Below, piece after piece: positions 9,918-21,026 of a DNA stretch of 64,000 bases. The notes below the pieces were generated by a model, which searched no databases, was not told the DNA's origin, and worked only from the letters and a program-made list of their open reading frames with translations. Every line of letters starts with the position of its first letter. The first letter of the stretch is position 1. The translations under genes and the position numbers were made by a program. Origin of the DNA: a virus; IMG/VR virus record IMGVR_UViG_3300046170_000148, positions 80,193 through 144,192 of that record. One strand, written 5' to 3'.

Positions 9918-10882
9918 TAGCAATCATCCTTTTTATCATATCCACGGCGTTTCGCCATGCGTTCCAGAAACTTCTTGGCTTCTGTAGTTCTTGCATCATG
10001 TGGGTTCTTTTCTTTTTGACCCAGTTCTTGTCTCAACTCACTCATTGTCTTACCAGACAAAACGTCACGAGCCATGTCAACCAGAGAGACTGAACCCGCT
10101 CTTGCATCCATATCAACATCTTCTTTGACAGGTGCTTCGGTTGACTTGACAACCTGTGTGTCACCAGTAGAATTGTCCTGTGGGCGTTTACCAGATTTTG
10201 CTTTGGTTGCTTGACCAGCTTTGGTAGTCTTGTCTTTAGCATCCTCAACATTGTCTTCGATTTTCTTGTCAGACTTCTTGTGAGCGTTTGCAAACTCTTT
10301 GGACTTAGGAGATTCCTTGTCCATGATTTCTTCTGGTTTGGTTGCATTTGATTTCTGTTGCTTCGCAGCAGTCTCAATCATGTTCAACAACTCATCTGTT
10401 GCTTCACCGATTTTGGAAATCTCTGCTGTTTTCTCACCGTCATTACCGACAACTTTTTTCTTTTTCTTATCGTCTTTTGCTGGCGCTTCTCCACCTTCTT
10501 CATCGTCCATTGCTTTACCGATTGCTTTACGGCGTTTGTGCAGGAACTTGTCAGATGAATCAACATCACCATCGTTGTCGATGTCTTTGTCTTTACGGTC
10601 TTTGAATTTCTTCTTAGCGGCTTTAGGGTCTGCTTTGTCAAGACCTTCGCCGTCATCTTCTTGGTCGTTAGAAGCATCTTCCTTTGCAAGTTTTGCTTCT
10701 TCTGTTTTCACATCATATTTTTTACCGGCAACAACGAATGCTGTTTCGCCTTTATCTTTGGCGGCTTGCAACGCTTTAGTAAACGCATTACCTTCTTCGG
10801 TCTTGGCTTCTTCTAGTTCTTCTTCTTTGGATGTTACGGATGCCCACGCTTCACCCAACTTTTTGATGTCTGATGTTTTCAT
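9917..10882 (-). CDS. Highly charged probable virion-internal protein
   Basis: K/E/D-rich; DIDNDGDVDSSDKFLHKRRKAI motif; LEE sites. Confidence 0.7.
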   Translation of the reverse strand: MKTSDIKKLGEAWASVTSKEEELEEAKTEEGNAFTKALQAAKDKGETAFVVAGKKYDVKTEEAKLAKEDASNDQEDDGEGLDKADPKAAKKKFKDRKDKDIDNDGDVDSSDKFLHKRRKAIGKAMDDEEGGEAPAKDDKKKKKVVGNDGEKTAEISKIGEATDELLNMIETAAKQQKSNATKPEEIMDKESPKSKEFANAHKKSDKKIEDNVEDAKDKTTKAGQATKAKSGKRPQDNSTGDTQVVKSTEAPVKEDVDMDARAGSVSLVDMARDVLSGKTMSELRQELGQKEKNPHDARTTEAKKFLERMAKRRGYDKKDDC

Positions 10883-10894
10883 TGTATTTCTCCG

Positions 10895-11209
10895 TTACAT
10901 CCACATAAATTTGACCAGTCCAGCAATCATTGCGGCACTGATAAGGTATACTACTTTGTTAATGATTGCGACAGTGTGGGCGTTCTCGTCCACCTTCTTC
11001 TCAATCTCGTCTAGTTTTTTAGAAAATTTATTCATACGCTCGAAATTATTTTGGTTATTACGTTCAACTGAAATGAGTTTTTCTTCTACACGGGCAACAG
11101 CAATCATCGCGTCAGCAAGTTTGTCAATCTTTTGTTCAAGACGGTCAAACCTTACTGCGGAATCTGCTTCAATCCGAGAAAGTCTCTCTAGTTGTGTTTC
11201 TTTAGCCAT
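10895..11209 (-). CDS. Coiled-coil protein with C-terminal TM helix
   Basis: Heptad pattern plus VVYLISAAMIAGLV; late promoter upstream. Confidence 0.7.
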   Translation of the reverse strand: MAKETQLERLSRIEADSAVRFDRLEQKIDKLADAMIAVARVEEKLISVERNNQNNFERMNKFSKKLDEIEKKVDENAHTVAIINKVVYLISAAMIAGLVKFMWM

Positions 11210-11219
11210 GTTTTTCCCA

Positions 11220-11930
11220 TTAAACTATAGTTCTATTTATAAGTTTTTTGTTGTTGACTCGATACTTATCGATTTTTAATATCCATTCATCTATCATGTA
11301 ATCGTCAAATTTTAAGTAATCTATCATGGTATAGAGAGTATTCTCCGACAATTCCTCATCACTATGGAACAAATCATGTGGGTCAATCTCAATATAACTG
11401 TGTCCCTCTGGAATAATATCCTTATATAGTTCGGTCAGTTCTTTACACGATTCCCACTGGTCGTTCCAAAAACTGTGAATATCAAACCCATTATTTATTA
11501 ACCAGTGTCCTTCTTGGTTACTAGGCCCCAAATTAAGTTTTGCGGCCGCTAGTTGGTCTATATACTTAACACTTTTTTCTGACTGTGGTTGTAGTAAAAT
11601 TGTTTTTGTTTCATCCCAGTCATTCCAAAGATAGTTTTTATAATACTCCTCATTAGAACTATCAAAAGTATCGGCACTATCATTAACATAAAAACCATAT
11701 CCGTGGTCTAGTCGTATATTCCAAAGAGCGTCATCCCAGTCCGTAGCAGATACGGGTTCACTACCATCTATATAATGTTGAGATAGTTCATCACTTCTTT
11801 CTAAGAACCATCTCTCAACCGACTCATCATATTCAACCTCCTTCGTAACAACATCACTGTGTTTCGTCAGAAGACTTCCCAGAAACTCACCTCCACCGCC
11901 ACCGCGATAGAGAACATTAATTAACTTCAT
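11220..11930 (-). CDS. Hypothetical protein, possibly sulfotransferase/P-loop-like
   Basis: N-terminal YRGGGGGEFL glycine loop; AT-rich accessory gene. Confidence 0.5.
   Translation of the reverse strand: MKLINVLYRGGGGGEFLGSLLTKHSDVVTKEVEYDESVERWFLERSDELSQHYIDGSEPVSATDWDDALWNIRLDHGYGFYVNDSADTFDSSNEEYYKNYLWNDWDETKTILLQPQSEKSVKYIDQLAAAKLNLGPSNQEGHWLINNGFDIHSFWNDQWESCKELTELYKDIIPEGHSYIEIDPHDLFHSDEELSENTLYTMIDYLKFDDYMIDEWILKIDKYRVNNKKLINRTIV
11234..11241 (-). promoter_or_regulatory. T4 late promoter TATAAATA
   Basis: Exact consensus upstream of 11209. Confidence 0.7.
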
Positions 11931-12195
11931 CCCAAATCTTCAGTCTCAAGTCTCCCTCACCTTTGATGATTCTATGATAGACCATCTTAGGTATGCGATA
12001 CAATTGACCTTTCTCCATAATCATAGGCAACTGATTATCTAGTTGCAGTTTCCAGTTATCACCATCGAGAACAGTAACCTCACGATTACAGGAGTCACGA
12101 TGCCATATCAAATCCATTTCACTAACATCTTCTCCAAAGGTTCTGACTCGTTCTGTTTTGTCAGGACTGAAGATGTCCTTATAGGGGTTTACCAA
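11917..12195 (-). CDS. Small cupin-fold protein
   Basis: WHRD...IPKMVYHRIIKG. Confidence 0.65.
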   Translation of the reverse strand: MVNPYKDIFSPDKTERVRTFGEDVSEMDLIWHRDSCNREVTVLDGDNWKLQLDNQLPMIMEKGQLYRIPKMVYHRIIKGEGDLRLKIWDEVN

Positions 12196-12722
12196 AAGAA
12201 GCTTCCGCCTCCAGACAGACCAAGTTGTTTCGCATATCTAGGCAAACGACATGCCCAGTATCCGGCCTTTGTCTTATCTGTTTTGTTTGCACAGTCGTGA
12301 CGGGCAGCGAATGACTTACGCGCCTTCGGGTCATTGAGTTTAACTTTCAGACCTGTTGTGTCACCCCAAGATACTTTCTTGATGTTACCACTTGATGGGT
12401 CTTTGACATACACATAGTATTTCTTTGGCCCACCAGCTTTTGGTTTATTGAGTTCTGGTTGTTTCTTCTCTTCTTCAAAGATGCAGTCCAGTGCAACATT
12501 CTCACCACGCCATTGTGCAAACTCACCAAGATTAGACTCGATGATATCCAAGTCTGCGGCATCCACTTCGAGATTACCAGCATGATATTGTTCCCGTGCC
12601 TCACGGAAGTATTCGTAATATCTTTCCGACCCGACACGATAAATGTTGTTTTCAATAAGAGACGAACAAGTGCCACAACACTCGTCAGTTCCGCAGTTTG
12701 TATGTTCGTCAAATCTTTTCAT
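12189..12722 (-). CDS. Conserved phage protein (DUF6321-like)
   Basis: GGPKKYYVYVK..VSWGD..ARKSFAARHDC..GYWAC. Confidence 0.7.
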   Translation of the reverse strand: MKRFDEHTNCGTDECCGTCSSLIENNIYRVGSERYYEYFREAREQYHAGNLEVDAADLDIIESNLGEFAQWRGENVALDCIFEEEKKQPELNKPKAGGPKKYYVYVKDPSSGNIKKVSWGDTTGLKVKLNDPKARKSFAARHDCANKTDKTKAGYWACRLPRYAKQLGLSGGGSFFW

Positions 12723-14332
12723 TTATCTACCTAATATTTTCTTGATGTCCGAAAGAGACCTGATGGACTTTTGGAATTTCTCTTTGTCATTAGGCCTTGC
12801 CAATGCATTAAAACGCGCCAGTGCTGCTTGCGCTTGAGCGCGAGAGACTTTTCCTTTTCCTCGTTCAAATTCAACTTCTGCTCCCGTTGGTAAGTCAGCC
12901 GCTTTACGCAACTGCATGATAATGTTTTTATTCGCTGCCTTACGGTCATCGTCCGTAGCAGATACATCTTTGTCTTTCTTGGTCGTTGCCATACCACGAG
13001 TTGCACTGCGAGACTTCATGCCTTTCATTGCATCACGATATGCACGAGACTCTTCGACAGACTCACCAAGAACACTAATCTTCTTCATGAAACTTCTGTC
13101 CTTTGCAAAAGCGGTTAGCAATGCCAAGTTGTTTCATTACTTTTGCGATTGCTTCTTTCTCGCTTCTTGCTTGAACAGTAGCACCGCCTTCGCCTTTGAT
13201 GTTGACTTTATATTTACCTTCTTTGATTTCAGGTTTCTCATGAGTATAACCCATCTTCTTCATACGTTCATGGTCTTCGGGTTTCTCTGCTTTGTAACCT
13301 TTACCAGTCTTCGGGTCATACATCATGTGTGGTTCAAAGTCATCCTCTTTCATCTTCTCTTTCTTTGAGATAGCGATAGCGGCTTGTTGTGCTGGAGAGA
13401 CTGCTTCTTTCAGAGGAGCGTATTGTTTCTTTGCTTTAACCTTTAACTTACTATCTTTATCGGTGAAGTTCAAAGTATAAACATTCCCACCTCTCAATCG
13501 ATTGACACTAACCCTTGCTCGTAATGCTTTTTACAATATCCCCTACAGGTCTATTGTAATGTTTCGACATTTTTTTAACATCTGGGTGCTTTTCCATTCC
13601 TTTCAAGAAGTCATCCATTTGAGCATCTGAGGCATATTTACCCTTTGCTTCTTTCACCAATAGTTTAGCATCAACAGACTTATCATTATTACCACCAAAG
13701 TTTACTTTGACATCACCATCACCGTAGTCCTTCACAACCTTGCCAGACTTCCTTATTGCGTCTCCATAACTTCTAGCAGTCTTTGGGTCGATGCCTTTCT
13801 TGAACTTGACCTTATCCCCAACCTTTACTGCTTCAACTTGCATCTTGTTTCTCTGGATTTTAGACATTGCAATGACGCCATCGGCATCATACTTGTCGAG
13901 AACTCTGTCTAACTCTTTACCTTTTGGCATCGCTCTAAGATGTGCGACTTGCTTGATTTTACCAATACCTGATTTTTTATAGACAACATATTTCGCAAGA
14001 CTTTTCGGAACAGTAAGGGGTTGACGAACCTCTTCGACTGATTCATTCACACCCAGTTCTCTACGATACTGGTCAATCTGTTTCTTCAGTGCCTTCTGCT
14101 TCGGTGAGCCTGGCATTGCTTTCATCGCTTTGGAATACAGACTTGCGAGTTTCGCCATGTCCTGTCGGCGAACTATCGCCTGATTTATCTTACCTTCTTC
14201 CATGTCTTCGCCTTTTGCTCTTTTTATTTGGTCTGGAGTCGGTGCGCCCTTGTCACCCTTTTTTCTCATCTTCTCACCTGAACCCTGTTTGATTCGTTGT
14301 CTCTTCTTATTGATGTTATCCCAGAGTGACAT
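12723..14332 (-). CDS. Large basic multi-module probable virion protein (three ORFs joined across two insertions)
   Basis: ORFs 13508..14332, 13075..13497 and 12723..13127 join after removing an extra A and an extra T; modules separated by xxE sites. Confidence 0.6.
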
Positions 14333-14565
14333 TATGCTAAATCCTTATCGTGGTTCAATCCACCTTTTTTCTTCTTCACGATGAATGCATTGACCCGTGC
14401 GTATCCCCACTGTGATGGAGTAGTGCCTGGCCTGTGTCCAGTTCTCCATGCGGCAACACCACGGTCATAGACCTTCTTTAGTGTTCCGTATGAGATACCA
14501 GACTTCTCTGCTTTCTTTGTGAGTGCTTTATCTGCCTCAGTGATGAATTGACTAAACTTAATCAT
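14332..14565 (-). CDS. Conserved phage protein (DUF5824-like)
   Basis: MIKFSQFITE start; LKKVYDRGVAAW..GHRPG..QWGYARVN. Confidence 0.7.
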   Translation of the reverse strand: MIKFSQFITEADKALTKKAEKSGISYGTLKKVYDRGVAAWRTGHRPGTTPSQWGYARVNAFIVKKKKGGLNHDKDLA

Positions 14566-16185
14566 TTTGTCTCTCTATTCTTTGCTTTTGCACGGGCGAT
14601 TCTTGCACGGTCGAGCATCGCATCATGTTTCTTTTTATCTTGTTCTTTTTCTCTATCAATGGCTGTTTTTGCCTGTTTGACAGCATCTTCTTTCTGAGCC
14701 CGAACACCACGAAAGTCTTGATTAGGGAAGACTGTTTTTGATTTACCTGTTCGTGGTTTATCAAGACCCAAATGTTTTGGTAATTTACCTTTTTTGATGA
14801 GGTCTTGCATGAAGTCGATAACGAGACGAGGACGTTCAACACCCGATACCACGCAAGAAATCAAATGCACCAGTTGAACCAGCCTTTGGATTCTTGCGTC
14901 TCCAGTTCAAATAACCTCGAACTGCTTTCTCGTATTTCTTTTTGTTATAGACCTTCTTGTCCATCCACTGGTCAAACGCTGGCATCAAAGTTCCACCATA
15001 GCCTTTGTCACCGAATGCACCAGTCTTACCAAAGAACTTCTCGTCTACACCTTCCATTGGTGTATCCTTCTTATACTTCTTGACGAGTTTGTCTGTGCCT
15101 TCTTCGCCAGCACCAGACTCACCATACATTGCCTTGAATGACCTAGTATACTTGGACGGTTTGGTTTTCGCACCCTTGTCGCCTGGCGCTGGTTTGTATG
15201 CAGACGGGTCATCATCGTCCTTTGCAGTGCCTTTCTTGAAGTGCGCGGCGCGTTTCTTCTTGGTCGCGACAGACATATCGTCACCTTCAGCGTCTTTCGC
15301 ATAATACTTCTTAGGTTGTGTCCCCTTGACATCCTTACCAATCTCAGAGTCTTGAGGTGCTTTCTTCTCAACCAGTTCTACTGCGTCCAACCACTTACGA
15401 AGTTTCTTGTCACCACATTCAACGATGACATAGTTCGCACCCAACACGGATACGATACCAACTTCATCGCTTTCTTTGACAACAACAGTATCACCAATTT
15501 CAAACAACTCACCAGAGACATATGCCTCACGAGTGTCATCCAGTTTACCTAAGTCGATGTGTCGTTTGAATGAACGTTCCTCTTTCAGACCCATGCCCTT
15601 GCGAACATCGTTGAAGAGTCTACGAGTGTCCTTGTCGGACATGGACTTTGGAATACCCTGTGAGAATACTTGATAGTCATTGTCTGACACAGCTTGACGC
15701 ATCTTACTTGCAGACATACCCTCAACACCTTCTGCATCAGGGTCGCGTCTACCAGCAGATACAACATCAATTGATTCGAAGTTATAGAATCCGTGACGCG
15801 CCTTCTTACCGTTGTATTTGTTCAACAGGACTTCAAAGGTTCTTAACTGGTCGCCACCGACAACCATTGTGATTCTCTTATAACCCATGTCATACAGTTT
15901 GGTGGCAATGTCGATTGCGTTTCTTGCAGTCTTATCTACGATGATGTTACGACCATTCTTTGGGAACATCTTGCGTAGGTGTTTAATTTTATCTGAGTAT
16001 GACAGGGGGTTTTTCTTTGCGTCTTGGGACTGCGACACATAAATCTTATAGTCAGCACCCTTAGACTTCTTGACCAAAGCGTCAATCAGTTTGCCATGAC
16101 CAATCGTTGGTGGATTCATCCGACCAAATGTAAAGAAGACTTCACGTTCTTCTTCTACCAAATATTGACTGAAATTCTTAATCAC
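14562..16185 (-). CDS. HIGH-motif nucleotidyltransferase (cytidylyltransferase-like) with C-terminal extension (joined across extra G near 14843)
   Basis: FGRMNPPTIGH, KNPL, MSASKMR; GTG start (M)IKNFSQYLVEEE. Confidence 0.8.
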
Positions 16186-16660
16186 TCTTCTTTGCGCCTC
16201 TTTTTCTTGCGAGCTCTGACTTACGAACCGTTGGAAGAAGTTTCTTCGCGATTCTGTCAATGCGTGAACCCATTTTACTTACACGCTTCTCAATCTCTGC
16301 GCGGCGAGCTACTGACAACTCAGACTTATCTATACCCTTAGTAATCTTCTTGACGATTGCTCCACGGGCCTGACGGCGAGCGCGTTTCTTTAACGTATCC
16401 ATATTCGCAACACGGCGTGCTGCAATCTTACGTCCTCGCGCAATCTTCGCTTTATTCTTCTTGAGATTTCTTGCCAGTTTACGGCGTTGTTGGACAGTGA
16501 GTGCTTCTGTCTCTATAGGCGCGTGGGTGGAAGAATACTCTGCATCCGTTCCTGCACCGATATCACGCTTACGTTTCTTTGCGTTATATGCCTGTTGAGG
16601 GTCACCCGTTTGGGTGTAGTCAACGTTGATAAAAGTCTTCAGGCTCATTGGTTTAGCCAT
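16178..16660 (-). CDS. Basic probable head-core/internal protein
   Basis: R/K-rich helix EALTVQQRRKLAR. Confidence 0.65.
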   Translation of the reverse strand: MAKPMSLKTFINVDYTQTGDPQQAYNAKKRKRDIGAGTDAEYSSTHAPIETEALTVQQRRKLARNLKKNKAKIARGRKIAARRVANMDTLKKRARRQARGAIVKKITKGIDKSELSVARRAEIEKRVSKMGSRIDRIAKKLLPTVRKSELARKRGAKKSD

Positions 16661-16664
16661 TTTA

Positions 16665-17901
16665 TTACCTCTTCGGTTTATCCCATCCCTTCAGTATGTC
16701 AGGACTGAAGTTATTATACGAAAATTCTAAAGCGGTCAACCAACTTGACCGCATCACCACCTAATTTATCAATAGCAACAAAACCCTCTGCGCCAGTGCG
16801 AACCTTATAACCTTTTTTGGTTTGCACAAATGCATCATAGTTTGCAATACTATTAAGTTTATTTATAAGTTTTAGTTTCGCTAATACAATATTTTTCTGT
16901 AAATCAAACATGTTTACAAGAGATTTTTTGTTCCGTGTAGAGAAGAACTTCATGATTTCATCCAACTTTGCTTGTTGAACCATGCGACCCTTCTCTGATT
17001 TACGTTTCTCCATCTCTTTTACAAACTTATTGTCAATCCATTTGATAAGACCTGTAACATGTTTGTTACTATTCGGAATGACCTGACCCTCACGCACGAA
17101 GGTGTTATTGTATTGTTCAATCAATCGTGCGAGTTCTTGGTTCTTTTCCAGTTCACGCAAGGTCGAACCCGCAATACTGTTGAAGAGTTTACCAGCCGTT
17201 GACAGATGCTTGGTCACCTCGGCGGTCTCTTTCTTGTTCATTGTCGCACCACCGACATCACGCAACATTGCGTCAGCAGAGTATACATTCTTAGAGGTCT
17301 TAAACTTTGATACATCAACACCGTAGGATGCCTTCATGCTTTCAAAGTCACTCCCTTTGTAGGTTGTGTGCCAGACGATTCCGATTTGCGCTTTGCGAAC
17401 TGATTCTGCCTGTTCGTATGGAACTGCGTATATGATTGTATTGGGGTGGAAGGTTGTATACTTCTGACCATCAATCGTTTCATTCTTTAGGTCTGCTTTT
17501 GAAAACAAGAAGTCACCCTGAACGACACCCTTGATGCCCAGTTCAGGTAGGTAACGAAGTGCAGCCTTCATCTTGTCTGCAAGGTCACCTGACATCTCTG
17601 CGTCAATCTCTGCGGCAGACTTATAGATTTTAGGATTCTTCGCAAAGATACCTTTCTTCGCAACAAAGAAGTTCCCGTCTGACGGGTCTTGTCCTGCGAA
17701 GATTGCAGGCGCACCATCCCACTTGACCGATAGTTTAGAACTGGTCTCACCCGCAAGCATGTCACGAAGTTCACGCAATGCATTGATTGCCTGACGAGTT
17801 CCGTTCACACCACCATAGAGAACCTTGTCCTCGATATGAGTCATGTGAGTATTCTTTTGCTCACGGAGAAAATCTGGGAAGTGAAGTATCGTGGTGGTCA
17901 T
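16665..17901 (-). CDS. DUF6267-like protein with ligase-type nucleotidyltransferase motifs (joined across insertion near 16730)
   Basis: KWDG (motif I), QGD, EGFV (IV), VKLVDRLEFS (V). Confidence 0.7.
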
Positions 17902-19200
17902 TACATTACCTTCAAATGGACTGCGGAGTCTTTGGTTTGGGATTTAGCAATACGGTAAAGATATTCGATTACCTGTTGTTCTCTACCTTCGATTGCGGTA
18001 AACAGTTCGGTTACCATATACTTAGACATCAACCAATCAACCTGTTTTCCCTCTAGTTTTTTGATGAACTGTTCTTTGGTCATCTTTGGATTATTGCTCA
18101 TCGAATAGTTCTGATAGAACTGAGTGTAGAACTTATCAGGACTTGATTTGAAAAGACGTTCAATCACCTTCTTATCAGTCAGAGGTCTACCGACTGCGAG
18201 TTTCATTGCCTCACTGATACCACCGTATGATACCTTACCATGCTTTGCTTTAGTAGCGACAATCTCACATTGGAAGGTTGGGAAGGTTCGGAACTGAATC
18301 TGACCTTTACCAGCAAAGTATAGATAACCATCTTTGGCAGCAAAGAACTCTCTCTTACCGTATGTCTTGGTTGTAAACTTCGGCGCTTTGAACGGCTTCT
18401 TATAGTTCACCTGAACCAGTTTCGGTTTCTTACCAATTTTCTTGAGAGAGATGCCCTATGATATCTCTCTCCGCATATGCCTTCAACAACTCGTTATTGA
18501 GTTCTGAGATACTCGATGCGTTGAGAATATTGTATTTGTTCTCTGCGCCTCTCGCAACTGCCCAGATATCTGCGGGAGTCCACTTGTTTACGTTCTTAAA
18601 TATTTTCTCTTGTCGATTAAGTTCTTTGAATTTGTTCTCAAGTGCATCAACCCACGAAGAACCACGATGCCATGTATACTGTTTGCGTTTGAGTGCCTTG
18701 TGTAATAGTCTTGCACCGTTGATAGATGATGCAATCCAACCGTCATCTGACAGAAGGATTTCATCTATCTTCGCGTCACTGTTTACCTTTGCGTATGCAG
18801 CCTTCAAGTCATCAGGGGAGAACTTTGTATTTGGATTGTCCCAGATTACTTGTGCATATACACATTGTGCGGATTCGGTTGCACGGGTCTGGTCTGCACC
18901 ACCACCCGAACCACGAGTTCCGCCACCGAACTCCTGAGACTTCTTGAGTTTACCGAATCCAAACTCTTCACCATCAGCCGTCACCAATGGTTTCGTAGAC
19001 AGACCTTTCTTATTTCCTGTGCGGATTGCTTTTTCAATGTCTGCGCTGTATTGAATAACAACCTTGTCACCACTCGTAAGTTCGAATGGTTCACCCATTT
19101 TCATCTTTTTGATGAAGAGGTCTGCCCGATATTCTCTGTCTGGACGGATTATTTCCGCAAACGAGAGAACACTTTCACTGAGTTCGTTAAGAGATAACAT
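17901..19200 (-). CDS. PD-(D/E)xK restriction-endonuclease-like protein (joined across extra G near 18453)
   Basis: TES..KWTPADIW..GISLKK after correction. Confidence 0.6.
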
Positions 19201-19234
19201 CGATTTCCCATTTATACAAATAGTATTATACCAC

Positions 19235-19242
19235 TATTTATA
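19235..19242 (-). promoter_or_regulatory. T4 late promoter TATAAATA
   Basis: Exact consensus heading the 8.4-19.2 kb block. Confidence 0.75.
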
Positions 19243-19918
19243 ATAAAATGGAAGTCGAATCTTGCTCTTCGTTATACTTTTTGATGGTGTCACGCAAAGA
19301 ATTTATCCAGTTATCACGATGTTCGACAAAGATTTGTGGTTTATCCATACCATCAACACTGATGATAGTCACCAACTGTGTGATAGGTTGTCCCGTGCGT
19401 TCTTCCCACATAATAGCATATGCGGCTTCCTGCATGAAGTAGTTGTTAATCCAACTCTTCTGTTTCTTCTTCATTGCAGTCTTGAAGTCGATGATAGACA
19501 GTTTACCATCAAACTCAGCAACACAGTCAACACGACCAGCAACACCCAAGTGTGTAGAGTAGAGCGGTGCTTCCTGTGCGTAGACAGTTCCAATCAAACC
19601 ATCAAGAATTGGTTTCATAACATTGAATGAGTGAATGATGTCTGGAGTATAACCGTCTTTGTAGTTCGGGTCATTGTCAATATACTTCTCAGTGATTTCG
19701 TGAACACGAGTTCCGCGACCTGATGCACGACCAGAGATTTTGTTTGCCTCTGCTTCACCAACACGTTTACGCCACTTTGCGATAGAGTCACGAGATAGAA
19801 TAGACAGGACAGTTGTGATAGATGGAAGGTCGATTCCTTCGGGGGTCTTATACTTACGTCCAGAGTCGGTTGTCACCGCATTCATTTCAGTTAGTTCTAC
19901 TTGTTCATGATTAAACAT
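19238..19918 (-). CDS. PD-(D/E)xK exonuclease (Cas4-like phage exonuclease)
   Basis: LPSITTVL, RGTRVH, AGRVDC, IIDFKT, Q..AY. Confidence 0.85.
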   Translation of the reverse strand: MFNHEQVELTEMNAVTTDSGRKYKTPEGIDLPSITTVLSILSRDSIAKWRKRVGEAEANKISGRASGRGTRVHEITEKYIDNDPNYKDGYTPDIIHSFNVMKPILDGLIGTVYAQEAPLYSTHLGVAGRVDCVAEFDGKLSIIDFKTAMKKKQKSWINNYFMQEAAYAIMWEERTGQPITQLVTIISVDGMDKPQIFVEHRDNWINSLRDTIKKYNEEQDSTSILL

Positions 19919-20504
19919 TTCGTATATTTTCCATTTTATTTCGTGCTGCTTTCCACTGAGTATATGTCAATGGTTGACGAGCCTTACCACATTTGAGTTT
20001 GCGTTTGGCGAACTCTTCCTTGAGTATCTTCTTGGCATCTGCACCGATGAATGCACCGACCAGTTCCAACAAGGCACGGCGGAAAGAACGACCATGATGC
20101 ATGTGACCCAAACAATGTGTCAACTCATGCAACAGAGTGTATTCGTCCAACCCTGCTTTACTATCTAGGACTACCGACCAACCGTCAGTCCAACCAGCAG
20201 TGCCACGACCCGTGTTGCGTTCTTTGAGAACAACTGCGGGTTGCTTCATGAGGTTACGGTCTGTGCGACCTTCTAGTTTCCAGACCTTCTGCCACTTCTT
20301 GGTCGCATAGATTTGCTTTGCACGTTTCTGTGCTTCTTTCAGATTTTCGAACTCTTTGACTTTGTATCGTCTCTGAAAGGCAAACTCTGCTTGATAGGTC
20401 TTAGACTTCTCTGAGTCCACTCGACCAGCAGCACCACGGTTTTGTTTGTGACTATGCTTTCGTTTATATTCAGCATACAACATTTTCAACGCATCTAGTT
20501 CCAT
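19911..20504 (-). CDS. SprT-like zinc metalloprotease
   Basis: LLHELTHC..HHGRSF. Confidence 0.7.
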   Translation of the reverse strand: MELDALKMLYAEYKRKHSHKQNRGAAGRVDSEKSKTYQAEFAFQRRYKVKEFENLKEAQKRAKQIYATKKWQKVWKLEGRTDRNLMKQPAVVLKERNTGRGTAGWTDGWSVVLDSKAGLDEYTLLHELTHCLGHMHHGRSFRRALLELVGAFIGADAKKILKEEFAKRKLKCGKARQPLTYTQWKAARNKMENIRNV

Positions 20505-20941
20505 TGTGCTAACATGTCCTTTGCTTCTTGTGATACCTGTGCTTCACGACCATACGCATCGATTTCCCACGGTTGGTCTTCATACTTTGTATTCGTATGA
20601 TACTCACCATCCCACTCGGCAACTTTAACCAGACAGTCGTTGACAATCTGAATACCGTGGTCATTCAACCGACCACTGGCAATCTGTTGAGCATGAATCA
20701 TCTCATGAGCAATGTTGACTTTGATAGTCTCAATATCAAGAGCCTCACCTTGAACGTGTGTAGCAATCTCGATATCGATGTCTTCGGCATCACCGTAACA
20801 ATAACCACCAGCATCACCATCACACTTCTTCATCAAGTCAATGCGAAGGTCACCCTCATGACTGTCAAGATTGAGAATCACAGCAACTGCGTTGATGTAA
20901 TCCTCAACCTCATAACCATTGTCTTCCAAATAAATATTCAT
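20495..20941 (-). CDS. HExxH zinc metallopeptidase
   Basis: IAHEMIHAQQ..YEDQPWEIDA. Confidence 0.75.
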   Translation of the reverse strand: MNIYLEDNGYEVEDYINAVAVILNLDSHEGDLRIDLMKKCDGDAGGYCYGDAEDIDIEIATHVQGEALDIETIKVNIAHEMIHAQQIASGRLNDHGIQIVNDCLVKVAEWDGEYHTNTKYEDQPWEIDAYGREAQVSQEAKDMLAQWN

Positions 20942-20968
20942 AACAACCTCTCTTCTCACTATACCTTT

Positions 20969-20997
20969 ATAGTATCAGCTTGGGCAGAAATTGTCAA
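20969..20997 (-). promoter_or_regulatory. Sigma70 early promoter TTGACA-N17-TACTAT
   Basis: Read directly. Confidence 0.8.
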
Positions 20998-21026
20998 GAA
21001 CTTTCTTTCATAACAATATCAATGGC

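Noticed and set aside
10299-11279. 326-aa plus-strand ORF, and other long plus-strand ORFs such as 5734..6255, 18458..18937 and 51302..51808
   Set aside because: Antisense shadows of minus-strand genes; S/F/L-rich, with no RBS or motifs.
19238-19918. Cas4-like nuclease as evidence for a CRISPR system
   Set aside because: No repeat-spacer array or other cas genes seen; this is a common stand-alone phage exonuclease.
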